Source of the DNA: an uncultured Candidatus Saccharibacteria bacterium
GTDB lineage: Bacteria; Patescibacteriota; Minisyncoccia; Minisyncoccales; JANBVM01
DNA: 64,000 nucleotides
Direction: 5' to 3'
Assembly: GCA_964435835.1 (NCBI GenBank)
Contig: CAYSZX010000001.1
Span: 8,197-72,196 of the forward strand
Of this stretch, positions 58,355-64,000 are shown piece after piece. A model generated the notes under the pieces. The model was given only the letters and a program-made list of their open reading frames with translations, was not told the DNA's origin and did no database searches. Within the stretch, counting starts at the first letter, position 1. Each line of letters opens with the position of its first letter. The position numbers and the translations under genes were made by a program.

Positions 58355-59398
58355 CTAAGGTTGTAAAATTTCTTCTGTTTCTCCATTAATTGAGATAACA
58401 ACTTCCTCTATAGATTCAAATTGTTTTAATGTTTCCTCTATTTGATTTCTAATAGCCATAACCCAAGCAGAGCCCGCTACCCCTTCTTCCAACTTTTCAT
58501 TAAAATCAACTCTTGCCACTCCTTCCTCTATTTCAATACTCTGAAGCTCTACCCCTTCGTTAATTGAAGTTGATAAGTCATCTCCTTCAGTTGTAAGAGG
58601 ACCTTTTAAAAGTTCTTCTATGGCTGCTCTAGCAGTAGCAACAGTATAAGGAATTGTTCTTTCCACCTCAACAAGTTCTTCCTGTCCTTCAACAACCTTT
58701 AAAAAGTAAAGACTTATAGTAATTTCATCTTTTAAAAATTCTCCTGCAATTTCATCGTAAATACCATCAGTAACAACTTTCACCACTACCCCATCCTCAA
58801 CCAGAACAACAATTGTATGTGGAGTAATAGCTTGAGCTAAACTCTCCCCAGTCCTATCTCCATAACCAGCGTGTCTAGACTGAAATTCATATTCAACTTC
58901 ATAACAATTTTCACAACCAACTAAATCTAAACCTCTTTCTTCGACAAAGGTAAGATTTTCTCCATCAAAATTATAAGTAGGAGAATTATTTTCAATCCAG
59001 TTTCTAGCAATATCCTGAACATTTTCACTTTCTAATGTAATTTTTTCTAGCTTATAAACTAAAACTTTATTATCTTCTTGGAGTCCTTCAATAAAAACTC
59101 TTGTTCCAATCATCTTGTCATCCAGTAAACTACAATCGATTTCATCATCTATAAAACACTGACTACGACTATCGAAATAAAGCTCTTCTTTTAGTCCTGG
59201 ACTTCCTGCTCTCTCGAAAGAAAGATACCAAATTCCTGGCTCAAGACCGGGAGAATCTTTAATTAAGACTCCTTCTTCTATAAAGTTTGCTTTTTCTGTG
59301 AGACTTCCTTCTTCAGTCTTATTGTGAAGATAAAACCCAACAGAAACGAAAACAATTAAAACAACAATGATAAAACCCTTTAAACCTCTTTTTTGCAT
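58355..59398 (-). CDS. Membrane-anchored multidomain protein with C-terminal GerMN domain
   Basis: V.R.IP.T...ARAA.EELL.GP, I.EGV.L, A.VDF, GS..V..IR.QI..TL.QF..V.ISING. Confidence 0.82.
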   Translation of the reverse strand: MQKRGLKGFIIVVLIVFVSVGFYLHNKTEEGSLTEKANFIEEGVLIKDSPGLEPGIWYLSFERAGSPGLKEELYFDSRSQCFIDDEIDCSLLDDKMIGTRVFIEGLQEDNKVLVYKLEKITLESENVQDIARNWIENNSPTYNFDGENLTFVEERGLDLVGCENCYEVEYEFQSRHAGYGDRTGESLAQAITPHTIVVLVEDGVVVKVVTDGIYDEIAGEFLKDEITISLYFLKVVEGQEELVEVERTIPYTVATARAAIEELLKGPLTTEGDDLSTSINEGVELQSIEIEEGVARVDFNEKLEEGVAGSAWVMAIRNQIEETLKQFESIEEVVISINGETEEILQP

Positions 59399-59552
59399 TT
59401 TTCTTAATTAATTTATTTTTTTAAAAAATACTTCCTTATTATTATACTTTTTAACTTCAAAAAAGCCAGTAAAAGTTGTTTCTTTCTTTTTTAAATTAAA
59501 TTATGTAATTATAAAAACCCTCTTTTAATACTAAAATTGGCTTATTCTTTAT

Positions 59553-60518
59553 TTACTTATCCCATTCAAATTGATTTCCAAAATGTCCCCATTCGGCTGT
59601 TTTTTTATAAATTGGATCTGTAAGATTTAAATATTCTATTATTCCTTTTGGTGTTAGATTATATCCTTTTATTTCCTTTTCTTTACCATTTACAAAAGCC
59701 ACTGCCATTACTGGTTCAGCCACCCCAATTGAGTAAGCTAATTTAACTAATACTTCTTCGGCTTTATACTTTCTAAGATAATCTACTGCAATTCTTCTTG
59801 CCATATAAGCACCACTTCTATCTACTTTTGTTGGATCTTTACCGGAAAAAGCTCCGCCGCCAATAGGTATTTGTGGTCCATAATTATCTACTACTATTTT
59901 TCTTCCCGTTACCCCAGTATCAGCTTCAAACCCACTAATACTCCAATCTCCGGAGGGATTACAATAAATTGAAATATCCTTTTTAAAAGAATTTTTGTTT
60001 AACCATTCTTTTATTGTCTTTTTAAGTTCTTTTTGACTAACATTAGCAAAACTAGAAACTACACATCCTATTTCTCCGCCCTCAATAGTTACCTGTGTTT
60101 TTCCATCTTCTTGATATTTGGAATAAATATAACGAGCTAAGCTTCTAGCCAAATAAAGTTCTTGAGGTATCATTTCTTCATTCTCATTACAAGCATAACC
60201 TACCATAATTCCTTGATCTCCTGCTCCCCCTTTATCTACTCCCTTTGAGATTTCCGGACTTTGTTTAACTATATTGGTTTGAACTCCATATTTTTCTCCA
60301 ACTATTTCTTTTACTACTATAGGAACATCAACATAAGCTTTTGTTGTTAATTCTCCTGTTATCGTAATTATATTATGACCACCCATTGTTTCTAGTGCCA
60401 CCCTACTATTATGATCTTGCTTTAAACATTCATCTAAAATAGCATCTGATATCTGATCACATACTTTATCCGGATGTTTAGGTGTGACACTTTCAGCTGT
60501 TTTATATGTATTTTTCAT
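59553..60518 (-). CDS. metK: S-adenosylmethionine synthetase (compact form)
   Basis: ESV...HPDK.CDQISD, GAGDQG, DGKTQV, DTG.TGRK...D.YG, GGGAFSGKDPTKVDRS. Confidence 0.96.
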   Translation of the reverse strand: MKNTYKTAESVTPKHPDKVCDQISDAILDECLKQDHNSRVALETMGGHNIITITGELTTKAYVDVPIVVKEIVGEKYGVQTNIVKQSPEISKGVDKGGAGDQGIMVGYACNENEEMIPQELYLARSLARYIYSKYQEDGKTQVTIEGGEIGCVVSSFANVSQKELKKTIKEWLNKNSFKKDISIYCNPSGDWSISGFEADTGVTGRKIVVDNYGPQIPIGGGAFSGKDPTKVDRSGAYMARRIAVDYLRKYKAEEVLVKLAYSIGVAEPVMAVAFVNGKEKEIKGYNLTPKGIIEYLNLTDPIYKKTAEWGHFGNQFEWDK

Positions 60519-60691
60519 TATATTTATGATCTTCCTTTTTTGCATTTTCTCATTCTCTCATTTTATTGTCAAAATAAAAAGTTTAATCAAGTTCTTTAAA
60601 TTGTTCCTATTCTTCATTTCCTGACTAGTTTGTTCTAATTTATAAACGTAACATCTGTGCAAAAAAATAATCAAAACTTTTTTATTACAAA

Positions 60692-60722
60692 ATCAAACAC
60701 TCTTTTAAAAAGAGTGTTTGAT
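60692..60722. terminator. Long palindromic hairpin, probable terminator
   Basis: atcaaacactctt-ttaaa-aagagtgtttgat, 13-bp stem. Confidence 0.65.
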
Positions 60723-60746
60723 CAGAAGTCTCCAATTTCTAAATTA

Positions 60747-60940
60747 CTAAAACCTGCCGAGCCCTGCACCAGTTGGGCTTACATAAGTTGCCCCTTTTCC
60801 ACTTTCAACCTCTTGAATAATGGCAAAAGATCCCCAAATAGCAGGACCAATTTCTTCACTATATTCCCACTTTGAATTATTGTACAGCTATTATTATTTT
60901 GTTTTTTGAACGTATTTCCATTAACCGCTAAAACTGCTCC
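60747..60940 (-). pseudogene. Remnant of a secreted protein gene with a large internal deletion
   Basis: GAVLAVNGNTFKKQNNNSCTIIQSG in one frame joins EEIGPAIWGSFAIIQEVESGKGATYVSPTGAGLGRF* in another; no start codon, abuts HAD stop. Confidence 0.55.
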
Positions 60941-61554
60941 TAAAATTTTAAGTCTAATTCTAGTAGTTTTTGTTTTAACTGCTCAGGTGTTTTAAAATTA
61001 ATAACATTTATCCCAAGATCCCTTGCAGGATTAAGTAATTCTGGCTTATCATCAATATAAACACATTCTTGAGGCAAACTAGAGGTCTTACCTAAAACCA
61101 TTTCATATACTTTAGGATCAGGTTTACGAGTACCAGCCATATAAGAAAGAACACCATCTTTAAATTTATTTAAAAAATTATATTTTTGATCTAAATAGTT
61201 TACTCTTTCTTGAACGTTATCGGATAAATATAAGAGTTCATAATTAGCATTAACTAATTTATCAGCAATATTGGAAACATCTTCAACTAACCTATATTCT
61301 CCTAACCAGGTATCAGATAAAACCTTTGAAGAAATATTTAAATTTAATTGATTTTTAAGTAATTTCCAAAACTCTTTAGCCGTTAGTTTTCCTGCTCTAT
61401 ATTTAGTGCTTAATTCACCTTTATAAATACTTCTAACTTTTTTTGAAGAAAGATTATATTTTTCACTAATTAATCTAATGGCACGCTTAGTTCCATTAGT
61501 AAAATAAACACCACCAAAATCAAAAATAACTGTTTTTATCACATTCTTTTGCAT
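60940..61554 (-). CDS. HAD-superfamily phosphatase (YihX-like)
   Basis: IFDFGGV, LSD, KPDP..Y, YIDD. Confidence 0.9.
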   Translation of the reverse strand: MQKNVIKTVIFDFGGVYFTNGTKRAIRLISEKYNLSSKKVRSIYKGELSTKYRAGKLTAKEFWKLLKNQLNLNISSKVLSDTWLGEYRLVEDVSNIADKLVNANYELLYLSDNVQERVNYLDQKYNFLNKFKDGVLSYMAGTRKPDPKVYEMVLGKTSSLPQECVYIDDKPELLNPARDLGINVINFKTPEQLKQKLLELDLKF

Positions 61555-61596
61555 AATTTTTAATTTTAATAATACACTTTAGGTAAAGTTTTTCAA

Positions 61597-61625
61597 ATAA
61601 AAAAGCCGCTACCTGAGGTAACGGC
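61597..61625 (-). terminator. Intrinsic terminator after basic micro-ORF
   Basis: gccgttacc-tca-ggtagcggc then tttttt on minus strand. Confidence 0.75.
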
Positions 61626-61636
61626 CATAAGCAAGA

Positions 61637-61678
61637 TTATTTTTTCTTTCTTTTCTTGCCTTTCTTCTTTTTGGCCAT
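61637..61678 (-). CDS. Candidate 13-aa basic micropeptide MAKKKKGKKRKKK
   Basis: ATG..TAA ORF with A-rich initiation context, upstream GGTCGAC/AAGGCGAC and a terminator 11 nt downstream. Confidence 0.45.
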   Translation of the reverse strand: MAKKKKGKKRKKK

Positions 61679-61739
61679 TTTTATATACGACATAAAGTCG
61701 CCTTAAAAGAGATTTAATAAGTAGATGAAGTCGACCATC

Positions 61740-62408
61740 CTACTTACTTATTTTCTCTACATTTTTATTTTTTTCCAAATCATATCTTCTTCTACAGAAC
61801 AATAAAAATCCAACTAAGGGCACCACATATAATAATCCTCCCCAAGCAAAATAATTTACATATTCTTGTATTGTCCCCTCAAAACCCAGCCAATTCCCCA
61901 CATCATACACCTCCCATGGTTGACGAGTTAAAAAATGTTGAAAATATTCATGAATCAGTTTTGGAATTATTAAAGCAATCAACATTGTAACTTTTTGCAA
62001 AGAAGTTAGAGAAAATTCTTCTTTTTTATTCAATAAAAACAACACTAAGCACCAAATAACAAAATTTTCAAAAACATTTGGAAAAATAAATAAGAAAAAT
62101 CGCTTTTGCGTTAACCAATGTAAAATCATGCCAATCAAGCGATAGAAAAATAATCCTATTGCTACTTTTTTTATCCAACTATCTTTCCATAACCACACTA
62201 TCCAAAGTATAAATAACCAATAATATAAATCCATTGCCTTGTCCCAAGACTGATAAATCATCATATCTTGGTCTGTCATTACATTTACAAACTTCCAATC
62301 ATACATATCTACCACATTAGAGGCTAAAAGCCCCCCTAATGACCAACGCAACATCAAAAGAGGTACAAACAATCGAACAATTGTTACATACCATGGAATT
62401 ACGCTCAT
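61740..62408 (-). CDS. Integral membrane hypothetical protein
   Basis: Multiple TM; D..D, YQ.WDK..D, YRLIG, FPNVFE, PKL.HEY..H. Confidence 0.75.
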   Translation of the reverse strand: MSVIPWYVTIVRLFVPLLMLRWSLGGLLASNVVDMYDWKFVNVMTDQDMMIYQSWDKAMDLYYWLFILWIVWLWKDSWIKKVAIGLFFYRLIGMILHWLTQKRFFLFIFPNVFENFVIWCLVLFLLNKKEEFSLTSLQKVTMLIALIIPKLIHEYFQHFLTRQPWEVYDVGNWLGFEGTIQEYVNYFAWGGLLYVVPLVGFLLFCRRRYDLEKNKNVEKISK

Positions 62409-62438
62409 ATAATTATATAAAAAATAAATAATAGATTC

Positions 62439-62945
62439 TTATTTCTTCTTTCGAGCCTCTTGAGCTTTTTTTATATTCCTTTTTCTAGCCTCTTTCTGAG
62501 CCTTAGTTGGCTTATCTTTTTCAGGAATATTTTTTCTTGGTTTCGCTTTAAAAATATCTCCTTTAATATGTTTTGGTTTTGATCCAAGCTGATCTAAAAC
62601 TTTTTGAACATCTTCATCAAGAGCTTTTAATTCTCCGCCTTTAAATTCTGCTCTATCTTTTTCAATTAACCAGACATGAGTATCCCAAGAACCATTTTCT
62701 CGTTGTCCAGCTAATCTTTGAATACCGCCCTTATCGCCAACGTCATCATTAATAAAAAAGTTAAACTGATATTTATCCCGAATAATTATCCTATAATAAT
62801 CGCCCTCTCCTCTTGACCCAGGCTTTGCTCTTTTTCGACCTTCTGGTTGAGCTGCCGCTCTTTCTTCTTTGGACATATTTTTCCACTTCTTCTGAGCTTT
62901 TTTAATATTTTTCTTAGCAGCTTCTTTTTGTTTTTTGGTTGGCAT
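62439..62945 (-). CDS. Conserved hypothetical basic protein with repeated NIKKAQ motif
   Basis: N-terminal QKEAAKKNIKKAQ and C-terminal QKEARKRNIKKAQ flank a globular core (YYRI.IR, DVG..G.IQRLAG, GSWDT..WLI). Confidence 0.75.
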   Translation of the reverse strand: MPTKKQKEAAKKNIKKAQKKWKNMSKEERAAAQPEGRKRAKPGSRGEGDYYRIIIRDKYQFNFFINDDVGDKGGIQRLAGQRENGSWDTHVWLIEKDRAEFKGGELKALDEDVQKVLDQLGSKPKHIKGDIFKAKPRKNIPEKDKPTKAQKEARKRNIKKAQEARKKK

Positions 62946-62995
62946 AGTTCTTTAATTACTTTATTGTATTATACTATTATCTTTTTTAGCCTTAA

Positions 62996-64000
62996 TTAAA
63001 GACTTGTTTTTAGTTGTTCCTCTATTTGTTGAATAACTGCTTCTTCCTGTCCAGATGGATTTTTAATCTCTTTAAAGTAGTTAATTATTCTTCCAGCTTT
63101 TAAAACAAGACGGACTTTAGTTAACCAAGAATCAAAAGAAATATTATTCCAAAGATTAAAAACTAAACCTATTCTCTCTCTAATCATCATTGGAGTTCTA
63201 GATTCAGTATCAACCCAAGATGGTCCTCTTACTTTTTGACTATCAATTGAAGCCATTTGATTTGCAAAATCATAGAGATCATCAAAGTTTAAAGTTACAG
63301 TAAAATCTAAATTATCTTCTGTACTATCTGATATTTTTAAAATTGAATCTTTGTTAACTTTAATATATCTTTTTAAAAATTGACCCCCATTATCATCCAA
63401 GACTACTGCAAAATCTAAAGAATTTCCAAAACCACTAACAAGTTTATCTATAATTTCCATCGGCTCTTTCTTTTGTTTAATCTCTTCTTTTTCAACTTCA
63501 GATGGTCCAAATGTACTTTTTTGAGAAAGTTTTTCTTGAATATCTCTTTTCATTTCCTCTTTACTTGGCATTACTTTATATTTATAAAGAGTGCTCCAAG
63601 CTTTAAGATTATCACCCGTAGAAACCTTTTCTTCCCAAACATGAAACTCTTTATTTCCATTCTTATAGTCTATTTCAATTTTTTGAAATTCTTCAGGCCA
63701 AGAACTATATTCCTTACATTTTAATAATTCCGAAACTCTCTTTTCATTTCTGATTAAAAAATCCATTAATCTTTCGAAGCCAATAGCTGTATCTTGCTCT
63801 TCATTATTCTTTAAAAAAGCAACATACCAATCAAAAAATTCTTTATTTATTGAATTTTGAAGCTTTTTTCTAAAATTTAAAGCTGTATCATATCCAAGAC
63901 ATCTCTCATTTTGAAATTCTGAATTTAATTGAGAACTTAATTTATTCACAAAATCAGAAAATTCTCCATTTTGCCCTTGATGATCAACAGAAAAATAATT
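62996..64000 (-). CDS. Hypothetical protein, C-terminal part (frame open to window edge)
   Basis: Frame stays open from 64000 through 63949; no motif recognised. Confidence 0.7.
   Translation of the reverse strand, partial: NYFSVDHQGQNGEFSDFVNKLSSQLNSEFQNERCLGYDTALNFRKKLQNSINKEFFDWYVAFLKNNEEQDTAIGFERLMDFLIRNEKRVSELLKCKEYSSWPEEFQKIEIDYKNGNKEFHVWEEKVSTGDNLKAWSTLYKYKVMPSKEEMKRDIQEKLSQKSTFGPSEVEKEEIKQKKEPMEIIDKLVSGFGNSLDFAVVLDDNGGQFLKRYIKVNKDSILKISDSTEDNLDFTVTLNFDDLYDFANQMASIDSQKVRGPSWVDTESRTPMMIRERIGLVFNLWNNISFDSWLTKVRLVLKAGRIINYFKEIKNPSGQEEAVIQQIEEQLKTSL

Noticed and set aside
60657-60875. 72-aa plus-strand ORF, and a possible SAM riboswitch upstream of metK
   Set aside because: The GC-richer segment is better explained as a minus-strand gene remnant; no SAM-I/II core motifs seen, and metK has its own TTGACA promoter candidate near 60567-60572
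32554-63724. Further shadow ORFs (32554, 33262, 33405, 35242, 38391, 43322, 45938, 46974, 48658, 49420, 50544, 50582, 63473)
   Set aside because: They overlap stronger genes; composition is explained by the real coding strand
1-64000. Stop-codon reassignment (code 25 or TAG readthrough)
   Set aside because: Conserved genes end properly at TGA (tpiA, galT, adk, rplX) and TAG (rpsI, mvaD-upstream DUF134), with no internal stops
1-64000. CRISPR arrays, tRNA/rRNA genes, IS elements, introns/inteins, DGR repeats
   Set aside because: No spaced direct repeats, cloverleaf motifs, transposase/RT ORFs or insertions in conserved genes were seen by eye; a computational scan could still find weak cases

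Overview
AT-rich bacterial chromosome segment with almost all genes on the minus strand. Several features point to Patescibacteria/CPR (Parcubacteria-like): no rpmD (uL30) between rpsE and rplO, short uL13, minimal AlaRS, and PEGA, baseplate-J-like, Gmad2 and GerMN surface proteins. TGA and TAG both act as stops (code 11). About 1.7-29 kb is the str-S10-spc-alpha ribosomal superoperon, split between map and infA by a 7-gene block. About 29-64 kb is housekeeping/accessory: rpmB, a second Adk-like kinase, ComEC-like MBL, ppaC, gdh, mvaD plus phosphomevalonate kinase, redox/metal proteins, an ABC transporter, SOD and metK. Best leads: (1) a three-gene activase/DUF2229/HgdD-like cluster that looks like a split PlsAR/Ger-type ether-lipid or plasmalogen reductase; (2) an unannotated ~130-nt 6S-like RNA behind a near-consensus sigma70 promoter; (3) a recurring AAAGGT(C/T)(G/A) leader motif 25-32 nt upstream of very small genes; (4) two unannotated micro-ORFs with their own terminators, one 21-aa acidic and one 13-aa basic; (5) substitutions in near-invariant translation motifs plus Lys-rich ribosomal protein tails. 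All family calls come from motif recognition by eye; no database searches were run.
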